In this document: positions 1 to 10,305 of the stretch, piece after piece
Numbering within the stretch: the stretch's first letter is position 1
Layout of the letters: every line of letters begins with the position of its first letter
DNA from: Candidatus Sumerlaeaceae bacterium
GTDB lineage: Bacteria > Sumerlaeota > Sumerlaeia > Sumerlaeales > Sumerlaeaceae
Length of the DNA: 64,000 nt
Direction: 5' to 3'
NCBI GenBank assembly: GCA_051003195.1
Contig: JBPCLP010000017.1
Location: forward strand, 41,228 to 105,227
Notes under the pieces: model-generated
Told to the model about the DNA's origin: nothing
What the model saw: the letters and a program-made list of their open reading frames with translations, nothing else
Database searches by the model: none
Program-made: the position numbers and the translations under genes

Positions 1-308
1 CCGGACAGAAGATCAGAATTAACCTAAATGCCTTCGATTACCGCCTGCTTGATGCAAGTGTGCAGGAGATTGTCGACACGGCAAAGCGAACAGGTGCCAG
101 GATTGCAGGGCCTGTTCCGCTGCCGACGCGCACGAGCAAGTACACCGTACTTCGTTCGCCGCACGTGGACAAAAAGAGCCGCGAGCAGTTTGAAATGCGG
201 CGTCACAAGCGGCTGGTCGACATTGTCGACCCGACGCAGAAGACGCTCGACGCGCTTACCGAGCTGGATCTTCCGGCTGGTGTGCACGTGGAAATAAAGC
301 TAACCTAA
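1..308 (+). CDS. rpsJ: 30S ribosomal protein S10 (5' truncated by window)
   Basis: Open frame from the window edge: [17 protein letters not shown]...GPVPLPTR...[16 protein letters not shown]. Confidence 0.97.
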   Translation, partial: GQKIRINLNAFDYRLLDASVQEIVDTAKRTGARIAGPVPLPTRTSKYTVLRSPHVDKKSREQFEMRRHKRLVDIVDPTQKTLDALTELDLPAGVHVEIKLT

Positions 309-381
309 GAAACAGACGTACAGTTGGCGGAGGGGAAAGCGCGGCGGCGACGCCGGACCGCCCCCTCCCTGGAGAAAAGAA

Positions 382-1125
382 ATGTCTCTCGGATTATTGG
401 GAAAAAAACTGGGCATGTCCCAGATCTTCGACAAGGATGGCAAGCTTGTGCCTGTGACGTATATCCAGGCCGGGCCGTGCTATGTTGTCCAGAAGAAGAC
501 GAAGGATACCGACGGCTATGAAGCCGTGCAGGTGGGCTTTGGCGAAAAGAAGGAAAAGAACGTCACCAAGCCGGAGCAGGGCCACTTTAAGAAGGGCAAT
601 GTTCCGCTGCTGCGCTACGTGCGCGAGTTTCGTCTCGAAGATGGCAACGGCGATGTGCCCGAAGTGGGCGCTGTACTGGACGTCGACTTGTTCAAGGAAG
701 GCGACCACATCGACATCGTCGGCGTGAGTAAAGGTCGCGGCTTCGCGTCGCCAATCAAGCGCTGGCATGTAAGCCGTGGGCCGGAGAGCCATGGTTCTAT
801 GTACCATCGTCGGGCAGGCTCGCAGGGTGCTTCGAGTTATCCTTCACGCACATGGAAAAACAAAAAGGGCGCGGGCCACATGGGCGCGGCGCGCAGCACG
901 GTTATTAACCTGGTCGTCGTGAAGACGGACAAAGAAAAGAACCTGCTTTTGGTACGCGGCAGTGTGCCCGGCCATCCAAATAGTTTCGTAATGATCCGCA
1001 AGACGGTTCGCGCCAAGAAGGCCGCCCGTCAGCTCCAGTTGCAGGAAACAGCTGCAGAGCGCGCCAAGGCAGCAGCCAGCAAGGTTGTGAACCCGCTCAA
1101 GGCGTCGAAGAAGGGTGGTAAGTAA
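382..1125 (+). CDS. rplC: 50S ribosomal protein L3 (C-terminal extension)
   Basis: GLLGKKLGMSQIF, GVSKGRGF, GHMG motifs; operon position. Confidence 0.97.
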   Translation: MSLGLLGKKLGMSQIFDKDGKLVPVTYIQAGPCYVVQKKTKDTDGYEAVQVGFGEKKEKNVTKPEQGHFKKGNVPLLRYVREFRLEDGNGDVPEVGAVLDVDLFKEGDHIDIVGVSKGRGFASPIKRWHVSRGPESHGSMYHRRAGSQGASSYPSRTWKNKKGAGHMGAARSTVINLVVVKTDKEKNLLLVRGSVPGHPNSFVMIRKTVRAKKAARQLQLQETAAERAKAAASKVVNPLKASKKGGK

Positions 1126-1128
1126 CCG

Positions 1129-1776
1129 ATGGCTACGTTAACAGTCCGCGATGCAAAGGGTGCCGACGCAGGCACAGTTGATGTCTCCGATGCGATCTTC
1201 AGCGTCGAACCCAACAAGAACGCGGTGCGACAGGCATTGATCGCCTACGAGGCAAATCAGCGCCAGGGCACGCACTCCACCAAGACACGTGCTTTTGTAA
1301 GAGGCGGCGGCAGGAAGCCGTGGAAGCAAAAGGGTACCGGCCGTGCGCGGCAGGGATCGATCCGTTCGCCCCAGTGGCGCGGTGGAGCGATCATCTTCGG
1401 GCCCACACCACGTGACTACCGCCAGAAGGTGAACAAGAAGGTTCGCCGGCTTGCGCTGAACAGCGTGCTGAGCGACCTGCGCAATGAAAACAAAATCACG
1501 GTGCTGAAGGCATTCGGTTTCGAAGCCCCAAGGACGAAGGATTTCATTTCTCTGCTGGGCCGTATCGGTGTCAGTGAAGCTCAGCGCGTGCTGGTGCTGA
1601 CCACGGGTTCGGATGATAACGTTAAGAAGAGCGCTGCGAACATCGCGAGCGTACTTGTCTCGGACGTACAGAATGTAAACGTTTACGACCTGCTGACCTG
1701 TGATCACCTGATCACCACGCCCGAAGCATTGAAGGCGCTCGAGAAGCAGTTCGGTGCTGAGGAGGAAGCAGCATGA
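1129..1776 (+). CDS. rplD: 50S ribosomal protein L4
   Basis: RQGTHSTKTR, KPWKQKGTGRARQGSIRSPQWRGG. Confidence 0.97.
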   Translation: MATLTVRDAKGADAGTVDVSDAIFSVEPNKNAVRQALIAYEANQRQGTHSTKTRAFVRGGGRKPWKQKGTGRARQGSIRSPQWRGGAIIFGPTPRDYRQKVNKKVRRLALNSVLSDLRNENKITVLKAFGFEAPRTKDFISLLGRIGVSEAQRVLVLTTGSDDNVKKSAANIASVLVSDVQNVNVYDLLTCDHLITTPEALKALEKQFGAEEEAA

Positions 1777-2060
1777 AATCGCCGTACCAGATTCTACAGC
1801 GCCCGTTAATTACCGAACGGGCAACTCTGCTGGCCGAGAACAAGGAAGGCCCGCAGTACGTCTTCCGCGTTTCGAAGACCGCCAACAAGATCGAGATCCG
1901 CAAGGCGATCGAGTCGGTATTCAACGTGCAGGTGGACAACGTGAATACCGTTGTAGTTAAAGGCAAGAAACGCCGCCAGGGCCGCAATGTTGGCAAGACA
2001 TCGGATTGGAAGAAGGCGTTCGTAACGCTCAAGGAAGGACAGACGATCGACGTGCTGTAG
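1773..2060 (+). CDS. rplW: 50S ribosomal protein L23
   Basis: RPLITE, ANKIEIRKAIE, WKKAFVTL. Confidence 0.97.
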   Translation: MKSPYQILQRPLITERATLLAENKEGPQYVFRVSKTANKIEIRKAIESVFNVQVDNVNTVVVKGKKRRQGRNVGKTSDWKKAFVTLKEGQTIDVL

Positions 2061-2098
2061 GCGCGAGCCTGTAGCCTTGTGTTGATACGAGGAAAACC

Positions 2099-2929
2099 AT
2101 GCCAGTAAAAACATTTAAACCAACTACCCCGGGCCGGCGCCAGATGACGGTCGCCAGTTTCGACGAGATTACGCGTACCAAGCCTGAGAAGTCGCTTGTC
2201 GTATCGCTGAAGAAGTCCGGTGGCCGCAACAACTTAGGACGCATCACCAGCCGCTGGATCGGTGGTGGCCATAAGCGCCGCTACCGTATCATCGACTTCA
2301 AGCGCGATAAGGAAGGCATTCCGGCAAAAGTCGTGTCGATCGAGTATGATCCGAACCGCAGCGCGCGCATCGCACTGCTGCAGTACTCCGATGGCGAGAA
2401 GCGCTACATCCTTGCGCCGATGGGCCTGCAGGTTGGCGCACGTGTCGATTCGGGCGAGAAGTCTGAAATTCAGCCCGGCAACACGCTTAAGCTCAAGGAC
2501 ATGCCGGTCGGTACAATCATCCACGCCATCGAGATGAAACCTGGCAAGGGCGCGCAGATCGCTCGCAGTGCCGGCGTCTCAGCGCAGCTGCTGGCCAAGG
2601 AAGGAACTTACGCGACGATCCGTTTGCAGTCCGGAGAAGTTCGCCAGATTCACCGTGAGTGCCGTGCGACGATTGGCGAGGTTGGCAATAAAGAGCACGA
2701 GAATATTTCAATCGGTAAGGCAGGCCGTACGCGCTGGTTGGGCAAGCGCCCTGAGGTTCGCGGTGTGGCTATGAACCCGGTGGATCACCCACATGGTGGC
2801 GGCGAGGGCAAGACCTCCGGCGGACGTCATCCGGTTTCACCCTGGGGGCAGCTTACCAAGGGCTACAAGACGCGCAAAAAGAAGAACGCCAGCTCCAAGT
2901 ATATCCTGAAGCGGAGGAACCAGAAGTAA
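2099..2929 (+). CDS. rplB: 50S ribosomal protein L2
   Basis: [39 protein letters not shown]. Confidence 0.98.
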   Translation: MPVKTFKPTTPGRRQMTVASFDEITRTKPEKSLVVSLKKSGGRNNLGRITSRWIGGGHKRRYRIIDFKRDKEGIPAKVVSIEYDPNRSARIALLQYSDGEKRYILAPMGLQVGARVDSGEKSEIQPGNTLKLKDMPVGTIIHAIEMKPGKGAQIARSAGVSAQLLAKEGTYATIRLQSGEVRQIHRECRATIGEVGNKEHENISIGKAGRTRWLGKRPEVRGVAMNPVDHPHGGGEGKTSGGRHPVSPWGQLTKGYKTRKKKNASSKYILKRRNQK

Positions 2930-2930
2930 C

Positions 2931-3215
2931 ATGGCACGTAGCGTATCCAAAGGTCCGTTTATCGAGGAGAGCCTGGCAAAGCGTGTCGAGCAGGCCCAGA
3001 AAGTCGGCGACAAAAAGGTCATCAAGACATGGAGCCGTGCGTCCACTGTGACGCCGGACATGGTTGGACTGACCATCGCCGTACACAACGGCAAGCAGTT
3101 CCTGCCGATCTACATTAACGAGAACATGGTTGGCCACAAGCTTGGCGAGTTTGCTTCCACGCGGCTGTTTCGCGCGCACGGCGGCAAAACGGCCAAGGCC
3201 ACTGGCGCGAAGTAA
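2931..3215 (+). CDS. rpsS: 30S ribosomal protein S19
   Basis: [24 protein letters not shown]. Confidence 0.97.
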   Translation: MARSVSKGPFIEESLAKRVEQAQKVGDKKVIKTWSRASTVTPDMVGLTIAVHNGKQFLPIYINENMVGHKLGEFASTRLFRAHGGKTAKATGAK

Positions 3216-3226
3216 GGGACACAGAA

Positions 3227-3598
3227 ATGTCGAAGCAGAAAAAAGCAAAGAACTATGAAGCGGTCAGCGAAGCCAGGCTGCGCCATGCGCGCATGCCGGC
3301 CCGTAAGGCGCGCCTCATCGCAGATCTGATTCGTGGCAAGAGTGTCGGCGAAGCGCTGCGTATTCTGCAGGTCACGCACAAGCCGAGCGCCTGCCCGGCC
3401 GTGCTGAACGTGCTCAAAAGCGCCCGCAAGAACGCCGAAGACGTGGCTGGAGTTGCTGAGCCGGACAACCTGTTGGTCGGCACTGTGTTCGTGGACGGCG
3501 CGGCCATGATGAAGCGCATGCGCGCAGCCCCGATGGGCCGCGGCGTCAAGGTTCGCAAGCGTTCTTGTCATATCACTATTCGGCTGAATGAAGAGTAA
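3227..3598 (+). CDS. rplV: 50S ribosomal protein L22
   Basis: RKARLIADLIRGK, KRSCHITI. Confidence 0.96.
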   Translation: MSKQKKAKNYEAVSEARLRHARMPARKARLIADLIRGKSVGEALRILQVTHKPSACPAVLNVLKSARKNAEDVAGVAEPDNLLVGTVFVDGAAMMKRMRAAPMGRGVKVRKRSCHITIRLNEE

Positions 3599-3607
3599 GA
3601 GGGACCA

Positions 3608-4285
3608 ATGGGACAGAAAGTACATCCGATAGCCTTCCGGCTGGGAGTCATCAAGCAGTGGGAGAGCCGTTGGTACTTCGACAAGAAGACCTACAAGGAA
3701 TACCTGCACGAAGACCTGATGCTGCGCAAGGAGATCAAGCGTCGGTTCTATCATGCCGGGATTGCCCGTATCGACATCGAGCGTGCCACCACACGTGCTA
3801 AGATTACGATCCACACAGCGCGCCCCGGCATTATCATCGGTCGCAAGGGTGCTGAGATTGAAAGCCTGCGTCGGGATTTCGAGAAGAAGACCGGTAAGCA
3901 GGTTATCATCAACATCGAGGAAATCAAGAAGGCCGATGTGGTCGCCCAGCTTGTGGCCGAGAACGTCGGCAGCCAGCTTATGCGGCGCATAGGGTTTCGC
4001 CGCGCGATGAAGAAGACGGTGCTCGCGTCGATCAAGGCTGGCGCACTTGGAATCAAGATCAAGTGCGGTGGACGCCTGGCGGGTGCTGAAATTGCGCGCT
4101 CGGAATGGTACCGCGAGGGCCGTGTGCCACTGCACACCATCCGCGCCGACATCGATTACGGTTTCGCCGAGGCCAAGACAAAGTACGGCATCATCGGCAT
4201 CAAGGTTTGGATCTTCCGCGGCGAAGTATTTGAAGAGGCGCAGGAGCCGCGCAAGAGCCAGGCGGCAGTGCCAGCTACAGCATAA
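3608..4285 (+). CDS. rpsC: 30S ribosomal protein S3
   Basis: [31 protein letters not shown]. Confidence 0.98.
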   Translation: MGQKVHPIAFRLGVIKQWESRWYFDKKTYKEYLHEDLMLRKEIKRRFYHAGIARIDIERATTRAKITIHTARPGIIIGRKGAEIESLRRDFEKKTGKQVIINIEEIKKADVVAQLVAENVGSQLMRRIGFRRAMKKTVLASIKAGALGIKIKCGGRLAGAEIARSEWYREGRVPLHTIRADIDYGFAEAKTKYGIIGIKVWIFRGEVFEEAQEPRKSQAAVPATA

Positions 4286-4298
4286 CGGAGAACAAAAC

Positions 4299-4508
4299 AT
4301 GCACTTCGGTCCTGACGAGACGGCAGTGATCAAGGTGTTCAACGCGGGCGACGAGATCTCGCTCGAGGAAAAGGTTAACCAATTCCTCGAGGAGCACAGG
4401 GATCAGAGCCTGGCGGATTTGAAAGTAGAGCAGGTGGAGTATCACTCGCGGCAGGGCGGCGTAGAGTTCGGACTAATGGCCGTCCTGGTCATGCGGGTGA
4501 AGCGGTAA
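4299..4508 (+). CDS. 69-aa hypothetical protein inserted in the S10 operon (resembles Cse60/DUF2758-like small proteins)
   Basis: GGAG SD at 4287-4290, ATG at 4299; IKVF..D...LEEKVNQFL...ADLK pattern; fills the rpsC-rplP gap. Confidence 0.7.
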   Translation: MHFGPDETAVIKVFNAGDEISLEEKVNQFLEEHRDQSLADLKVEQVEYHSRQGGVEFGLMAVLVMRVKR

Positions 4509-4570
4509 AGTTGAGTACAAGGATTTAGCGGGGAGCTACCAAGCGTTCCCCAAAGTGAACGGATAAGGCG

Positions 4571-5002
4571 ATGCTACTACCAAAGCGTGTAAAACATCGG
4601 AAGGTGCAGAAAGGCCGCAGACGCGGCAAGGCGTACCGTGGCTCTGAGCTGACATTTGGTCAGTTTGGTCTGCAGGCGCTGGAGGCCGGTTGGATCACGA
4701 ACCGCCAGATTGAGGCGGCGCGCGTGGCCATGACGCGTCATATCAAACGTGGCGGCAAGTTATGGATTAATATTTTCCCCGACAAGCCACTTACGGTGAA
4801 ACCGGCCGAGACCCGCATGGGCAAGGGCAAGGGTAACCCCGAGCACTGGGTGGCCGTTGTGAAGCCTGGCCGCATCATGTTCGAGCTGGAAGGCGTTTCG
4901 CCCCAATTGGCGAAAGAAGCCATGAGTCTGGCGGCTCACAAGCTGCCGCTCAAGACCAAGTTTTTGAAGCGTGAGGAGGCGCAGATAGCCAGTGAAGAAT
5001 AG
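4571..5002 (+). CDS. rplP: 50S ribosomal protein L16
   Basis: [32 protein letters not shown]. Confidence 0.98.
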   Translation: MLLPKRVKHRKVQKGRRRGKAYRGSELTFGQFGLQALEAGWITNRQIEAARVAMTRHIKRGGKLWINIFPDKPLTVKPAETRMGKGKGNPEHWVAVVKPGRIMFELEGVSPQLAKEAMSLAAHKLPLKTKFLKREEAQIASEE

Positions 5003-5204
5003 TGAACTAAAAGCTTTGGCCCTGGACGAACTGCAGGAGAAGCTGGATAAGCAAATCAAAGACCTTTACCAGATGCGCCTGCGCGCCACCACTAAAGAAC
5101 TTGAGCGTCCCACAGACATTCGCGCGGGCCGCCGCGATATTGCCCGCATCAAGCAGGCGATTGGCGACAAGCAGCGCGAAGCCAGCAAGAACGCCTCGAA
5201 GTAA
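4992..5204 (+). CDS. rpmC: 50S ribosomal protein L29
   Basis: [12 protein letters not shown] motif, size and position. Confidence 0.93.
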   Translation: MKNSELKALALDELQEKLDKQIKDLYQMRLRATTKELERPTDIRAGRRDIARIKQAIGDKQREASKNASK

Positions 5205-5226
5205 CCGGAAGAACATAGGAAAAGAC

Positions 5227-5532
5227 ATGGCAACGGAAACGAAAAAGAAAATCGCCAGCACTGACACCGCGGAGACGAGCGATCGTGGGCGCCGCAAGTC
5301 ACGCGTCGGCAAGGTCGTCAGCAGCAAGATGAACAAGACCATCGTTGTGGCGGTGGTGCGTATGGTAAAGCATCCGCTCTACCATAAGTACATCAAGCGC
5401 ACGACCAAGCTGTACGCGCATGACGAGAAGAACGACGCCCGGGAGGGTGATACCGTTCGCGTGATTGAGACGCGTCCACTGAGCAAGCTCAAGTGCTGGC
5501 GCGTTGCGGAAGTTATCGATAGAGCCAAATAG
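5227..5532 (+). CDS. rpsQ: 30S ribosomal protein S17
   Basis: [34 protein letters not shown] 5227 after AGGA. Confidence 0.96.
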   Translation: MATETKKKIASTDTAETSDRGRRKSRVGKVVSSKMNKTIVVAVVRMVKHPLYHKYIKRTTKLYAHDEKNDAREGDTVRVIETRPLSKLKCWRVAEVIDRAK

Positions 5533-5603
5533 TTTAACAGTAGAAGCAGCCGTAGACATGGGCCAACCACCCGCGCCACGGCACACGAGTTGAGGACACT
5601 GAG

Positions 5604-5972
5604 ATGATTCAAGAATATACAATGCTGGATGTGGCGGACAACACGGGCGCCAAGAAGCTTCGTTGCTTTAAGGTGCTCGGAGGCACCCGTCGGCGCTATG
5701 CACGCATCGGGGACGTGGTTGTAGCCAGCGTACGTGAGGCAACCCCGGACGCGACCGTCAAAAAGGGCGCGGTCGTCAAGGCCGTGATAGTTCGCACCAC
5801 CAAGGAGCTTGGCCGCGAAGACGGAACGTTTGTGAAGTTCGACGGCAACGCTGCTGTGATCATCAATGCCAACAACGAGCCCGTCGGTACCCGTATCTTC
5901 GGTGCTGTCGGACGTGAATTGCGCAAAAAGAATTTTATGAAGATCATCTCACTGGCTCCGGAAGTCATCTGA
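5604..5972 (+). CDS. rplN: 50S ribosomal protein L14
   Basis: [28 protein letters not shown]. Confidence 0.98.
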   Translation: MIQEYTMLDVADNTGAKKLRCFKVLGGTRRRYARIGDVVVASVREATPDATVKKGAVVKAVIVRTTKELGREDGTFVKFDGNAAVIINANNEPVGTRIFGAVGRELRKKNFMKIISLAPEVI

Positions 5973-5987
5973 GGTAGAGGACGAGAA

Positions 5988-6299
5988 ATGTCGCTTAGAA
6001 TTAAAAAGAACGACCGGGTAAAAGTGCTTTCCGGTAAGGACAAGGGAACCGTTTCACGTGTCGTGGCTGTGATGCCGGCAAAGGAGCGGGCGCTTGTTGA
6101 GCATGTGAACATGGTCAAGCGTCACACCCGTGCGCGCGGCCAGGGCCAGCCTGGCGGGATCATTGAAAAGGAAGCACCGATACACTTGTCAAACCTGGCG
6201 CTGTATTGCGAAGCGTGCAAAACAGGCGTCCGGTTCGGCAGTGAAGTGCGTAACAACGAAAAGGTACGTGTGTGCAAGAAGTGCGGAGTCGCGCTGTAG
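5988..6299 (+). CDS. rplX: 50S ribosomal protein L24
   Basis: KOW motif VKVLSGKDKG; EAPIHLSN. Confidence 0.96.
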   Translation: MSLRIKKNDRVKVLSGKDKGTVSRVVAVMPAKERALVEHVNMVKRHTRARGQGQPGGIIEKEAPIHLSNLALYCEACKTGVRFGSEVRNNEKVRVCKKCGVAL

Positions 6300-6366
6300 A
6301 GTAAGCGGCTCAATTGGAATTGGGCGACGTACTATGCCGTCGCCTGGATAGAAGAAGGACTGAGAA

Positions 6367-7029
6367 ATGGCTGAGACAAAGCAGGATAAAAAAGAGAAGT
6401 CGCGCAAGGCCGAGGCTGACGAAGCCGGTGGCGTGGCCGTGGCCGACGCCGACGATGGTGCCGAGCGCGAACAACTGCAGGGTTATATTCCTGCCTATAA
6501 GACCAAATATCGCGATGAAATCGTTCCCGCGATGATCAAGCGCTTTGGCTACAAGAACGTTAACGAGGCACCGCGGCTCCAGAAGATCGTCGTGAACATG
6601 GGCGTCGGCGAAGCTTCGCGCGATGCGAAGCTGATCGACACCGCCGAGAAGGAACTGGCGCAGATCACCGGCCAGAAGCCTAAACGCACGCTTGCCAAGA
6701 AATCGATCAGCGCGTTCAAGCTGCGCGAGGGTATGCCGGTTGGCTGCTTCGTAACGCTTCGCGGGAACATGATGTACGAATTCCTGGAGCGGCTGATAAA
6801 CGTCGCCATTCCCCGCGTGCGTGACTTCCGCGGCTTTCCGACCCGCAGCTTTGATGGCCGTGGCAATCATTCGCTGGGCATTCGCGAACACCTGATCTTC
6901 ATGGAACTCGATTATAACAAGGTGACCGCCGTCAAAGGCATGAATATCACCACCGTAACCAGCGCAAAAACGGACGAGGAAGCACTGGAACTGCTGCGCC
7001 AGTTCGGTTTCCCGTTCCGCGAAAAGTAA
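6367..7029 (+). CDS. rplE: 50S ribosomal protein L5 (N-terminal extension)
   Basis: [33 protein letters not shown]. Confidence 0.97.
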   Translation: MAETKQDKKEKSRKAEADEAGGVAVADADDGAEREQLQGYIPAYKTKYRDEIVPAMIKRFGYKNVNEAPRLQKIVVNMGVGEASRDAKLIDTAEKELAQITGQKPKRTLAKKSISAFKLREGMPVGCFVTLRGNMMYEFLERLINVAIPRVRDFRGFPTRSFDGRGNHSLGIREHLIFMELDYNKVTAVKGMNITTVTSAKTDEEALELLRQFGFPFREK

Positions 7030-7042
7030 GGAGAACGCATCG

Positions 7043-7228
7043 ATGTCCACCTGTGCGAAAGAGTATAAAGCGAAGTCGCCCGCGAAGTTCAGCTCGCGTA
7101 AGCACAATCGCTGTCCGATCTGTGGCCGCGGCCGTGCTTACATCCGCGACTTCAACATGTGCCGCATTTGCTTCCGCAACCTCGCAAGCAAAGGTCACAT
7201 TCCCGGCGTCACCAAGAGCTCCTGGTAA
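7043..7228 (+). CDS. rpsN: 30S ribosomal protein S14, type Z (zinc-binding)
   Basis: 61 aa; RCPICGR...CRICFR...IPGVTKSSW. Confidence 0.96.
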   Translation: MSTCAKEYKAKSPAKFSSRKHNRCPICGRGRAYIRDFNMCRICFRNLASKGHIPGVTKSSW

Positions 7229-7369
7229 TCAGGTAGCTGAACCGAACCAAAGTAGCTGTAAAGAGAACCGAGTCCCCGCAACCGAGCGGGGCGAAGCGGT
7301 GTAAGTCCTGCCGGGGCCAAGCCACCGGGGATACTGCACCAGAAAACAGAGAGAAGAAAAAGAGCTGAC

Positions 7370-7771
7370 ATGCCGGTAACCGATCCCATCGCAGACATGC
7401 TGACGCGCATCCGCAACGCCAACACTGCGCGTCATGAGGAAGTCGAAATCCCCTACTCGAAGGTGAAGTGGGAAATTGCGCGCATCCTTAAAGAAGAGGG
7501 TTTTATCAAGGCCTGCTTCTGGAACAGCAAGGGCAAGAAAAAGGCCCCGATCAAAGTTTACCTGAAGTACGGTCCGAACCAGGAGCGTGTTCTGCACGGG
7601 TTGCAGCGCGTTTCTAAGCCCGGTATTCGCAAATACTCGGGTGCAACCGCAGTTCCGCGTACGCTGGACGGACTTGGTGTAAGCATCATTTCCACGAGTC
7701 GTGGACTATTAACCGACCGCCACTGCCGCCTGCAGAATGTCGGCGGCGAAGTTCTGTGCAAGATTTGGTAG
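7370..7771 (+). CDS. rpsH: 30S ribosomal protein S8
   Basis: [28 protein letters not shown]. Confidence 0.97.
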   Translation: MPVTDPIADMLTRIRNANTARHEEVEIPYSKVKWEIARILKEEGFIKACFWNSKGKKKAPIKVYLKYGPNQERVLHGLQRVSKPGIRKYSGATAVPRTLDGLGVSIISTSRGLLTDRHCRLQNVGGEVLCKIW

Positions 7772-7838
7772 GCTGCCAACTGGCCTTGTCCCGCCACCGG
7801 CTGGACATCGGTTGAGATAGAGAGAAAGTGACACTAAG

Positions 7839-8378
7839 ATGAGCCGCATAGGAAAAGTTCCGATTCCCGTTCCAAAGGGCGTCGATGTAAAAATTGATAA
7901 GAACGAGATCCACGTTAAGGGTCCCAAGGGTACGCTCGATTTCACCTTCCCGCCTCGCGTGACGGTGAAGCAGGAGGACGGCGCTGTGCATGTGATGCGC
8001 CACGGCGACGACAAGCAGAGCAAGGCCTACCATGGCCTGGTTCAGCGTCTCGTCCGGAATATGGTCATCGGCGTAACCGACGGTTTCCGTAAGGAACTCG
8101 AAATCCAGGGCGTCGGATACCGTGCTGCGGTGGACGGCAACAGACTGAACCTGTCACTTGGCTTCTCCCATCCCGTTGTTTTTGAAACACCGGCAGGAAT
8201 TAAGATTGAAGTGCCGAAGCCCACGTCCGTCATTATCACTGGCCACGATAAGCAGCAGGTCGGCCAGGTCGCGGCCGTGATTCGCGGGTTCCGCCCGCCC
8301 GAGCCGTACAAGGGCAAGGGTATCCGTTACGTTGGCGAATACGTGCGGCGCAAAGTTGGCAAGACGAGCGGCAAGTAA
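7839..8378 (+). CDS. rplF: 50S ribosomal protein L6
   Basis: MSRIGK, GVGYRA, RPPEPYKGKGIRY. Confidence 0.98.
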   Translation: MSRIGKVPIPVPKGVDVKIDKNEIHVKGPKGTLDFTFPPRVTVKQEDGAVHVMRHGDDKQSKAYHGLVQRLVRNMVIGVTDGFRKELEIQGVGYRAAVDGNRLNLSLGFSHPVVFETPAGIKIEVPKPTSVIITGHDKQQVGQVAAVIRGFRPPEPYKGKGIRYVGEYVRRKVGKTSGK

Positions 8379-8466
8379 TCACCGCTGAACAAGTTTCAGG
8401 AGATCGACTGACCGGAGATCTCCAGGCAGCCCTCCTATATTCGGAGAGCGAAAAGGAAGAGAAGAA

Positions 8467-8835
8467 ATGATAGCAGCAACGTCAAAAGAGAAGCGCGAGA
8501 AGCGGCGCCTGCGGATCCGCAAGAAGATTGTAGGTACGGCCGAGCGGCCCCGCCTGTCGGTTTTCAAGAGCCTCAAGCACTTGTATGTGCAAGTGACTGA
8601 CGATGCCACGGGACGCACGCTTGCGGCCGCCACGACCAACACCAAGGCCAACAAGGCCGGTGGGAAGAAGTCGTTTGCAAACGTGAGCAATGCGCAGGCA
8701 CTCGGGCGCACGGTTGCCGACAAGGCAAAAGCCTCGGGCATCGAGTCTATCGTGTTTGATCGTAGCGGCTATCCCTATCACGGGATTGTCAAAGCGGTGG
8801 CGGAAGCAGCCCGCGAAGCTGGATTGAAGTTCTAA
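8467..8835 (+). CDS. rplR: 50S ribosomal protein L18
   Basis: [27 protein letters not shown]. Confidence 0.97.
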   Translation: MIAATSKEKREKRRLRIRKKIVGTAERPRLSVFKSLKHLYVQVTDDATGRTLAAATTNTKANKAGGKKSFANVSNAQALGRTVADKAKASGIESIVFDRSGYPYHGIVKAVAEAAREAGLKF

Positions 8836-8854
8836 AAGGAAAAGGTCGCAAAAC

Positions 8855-9541
8855 GTGAGTTTTACGCAAAACGTACAGAACCCGGCCCCAGGCCAGGAAG
8901 GCGCGGAGCCCAACGCCGAGCAACAGCCCCAGGAGGCATATGTTTCCTCGTGGCAGGAGCCGGAGAGAATTGATCCGAAGTCACTGAACCTCAAGGAAGA
9001 AGTGGTACAGCTCAACCGCACGGCGAAAGTCGTGAAGGGTGGACGCCGCTTCAGCTTTGCCGCGCTGGTGGTCGTGGGTGACGGTAACGGTTACGTCGGG
9101 GTCGGCTTTGGAAAAGCTAATGAAGTTCCAGAGGCAATTTCCAAGGCGGCTGAAGACGGCAAGAAGAACCTGATCAAGGTTCCAATGCGTGGCCGTACCA
9201 TACCTCATTCCATCATCGGTGAGTTTGGCGCCGCGCGTGTGCTGTTGAAGCCGGCTTCCGAAGGTACGGGTCTTATAGCGGGTCCGGGCGTACGCACGGT
9301 TCTCACGATGGCAGGTGTTCACGACATTCTTACGAAGGTTATCGGCACGAATAATAAAATTAACGTTGTTAAAGCGACACTACAGGGCCTCGGCGCGCTG
9401 TACAACGCAGAGCGCATCGCGAAACTCCGCGGCCGCACCGTGCAGGAACTCTTTGGCAAGGAAGCGCCGAAGGCACCGGCACCCGCCGAGCAGGAATATG
9501 ACACCTCCGCCTTCACAGGCGAAGGCGAAGGTAAGGAGTAA
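8855..9541 (+). CDS. rpsE: 30S ribosomal protein S5 (terminal extensions)
   Basis: [26 protein letters not shown]. Confidence 0.96.
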   Translation: MSFTQNVQNPAPGQEGAEPNAEQQPQEAYVSSWQEPERIDPKSLNLKEEVVQLNRTAKVVKGGRRFSFAALVVVGDGNGYVGVGFGKANEVPEAISKAAEDGKKNLIKVPMRGRTIPHSIIGEFGAARVLLKPASEGTGLIAGPGVRTVLTMAGVHDILTKVIGTNNKINVVKATLQGLGALYNAERIAKLRGRTVQELFGKEAPKAPAPAEQEYDTSAFTGEGEGKE

Positions 9542-9546
9542 AACCC

Positions 9547-9732
9547 GTGGCAGACAAAGTTAAGATCACGTGGGTGAAGAGCGGGATCAACCGCTTGCAT
9601 GCCCACCGGCGTACGTTGCGTGCGCTTGGATTTACACATCTCAACCAGACCCGCGAGCACGAGCTGACGCCGCAGATCAAAGGCATGCTGCACCAGGTCG
9701 GCTACATGTGCAAAGTCGAGAAGCAGAGTTAA
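9547..9732 (+). CDS. rpmD: 50S ribosomal protein L30
   Basis: KITWVKS...TLRALG...IKGMLHQV; position between rpsE and rplO. Confidence 0.92.
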   Translation: MADKVKITWVKSGINRLHAHRRTLRALGFTHLNQTREHELTPQIKGMLHQVGYMCKVEKQS

Positions 9733-9747
9733 CGAGGAACGACGATA

Positions 9748-10218
9748 ATGAAGATTCAGGACCTAGGAAAAGACCCGGGCCGTGCCAAGAAGGGCAAGCG
9801 GGTAGGACGTGGCGAGGCCAGCGGCCTCGGCAAAACGTCGGGCTATGGGCATAAGGGCTCGCAGGCACGCAGTGGACGAGGCAAGGGATACGGCGGAGGC
9901 TTCGAAGGCGGGCAGATGCCATTGCAGCGTCGCGTGCCAAAGCGCGGATTTGTGAACATCTTCCGTGAGGAAGTTGAAATCGTAAATCTATCCACGTTGG
10001 ACAGCTTCGATGCAAACGCCACGGTAGATATGGACGCACTTAAGTCCATGGGCGCCGTTCGCAACCGCGCCAGGATTGTTAAAGTGCTGGGTAATGGCGA
10101 ATTGACCAAGAAGCTGAACGTGAAGGCGCACCGTTTTTCAAAGTCCGCTAAAGAGAAGATCGAGGCAAAGGGCGGAACCGCGGAAGTGGTCGCATCAGCC
10201 GCAGCCGAAGCTAAGTGA
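9748..10218 (+). CDS. rplO: 50S ribosomal protein L15
   Basis: RVGRG..SGLGKTSG.GHKG, FEGGQMPLQRRVPKRGF. Confidence 0.97.
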   Translation: MKIQDLGKDPGRAKKGKRVGRGEASGLGKTSGYGHKGSQARSGRGKGYGGGFEGGQMPLQRRVPKRGFVNIFREEVEIVNLSTLDSFDANATVDMDALKSMGAVRNRARIVKVLGNGELTKKLNVKAHRFSKSAKEKIEAKGGTAEVVASAAAEAK

Positions 10219-10305
10219 AACTGAATTTCTGGCAGTAAAGTATCGGCTGGCCGGAGGACCTTCATGGGACCTTCGGCCTGTCGCATTTGAAAAAGGGCCG
10301 CTATC

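Noticed and set aside
4047..4298. 153-aa version of the rpsC-rplP insert
   Set aside because: Overlaps rpsC out of frame; SD plus ATG at 4299 is the credible start
3110..4342. 410-aa minus-strand ORF and similar long antisense ORFs (6310-7107, 44077-45060)
   Set aside because: Shadows of ribosomal and rpoA genes caused by codon bias; no recognisable motifs
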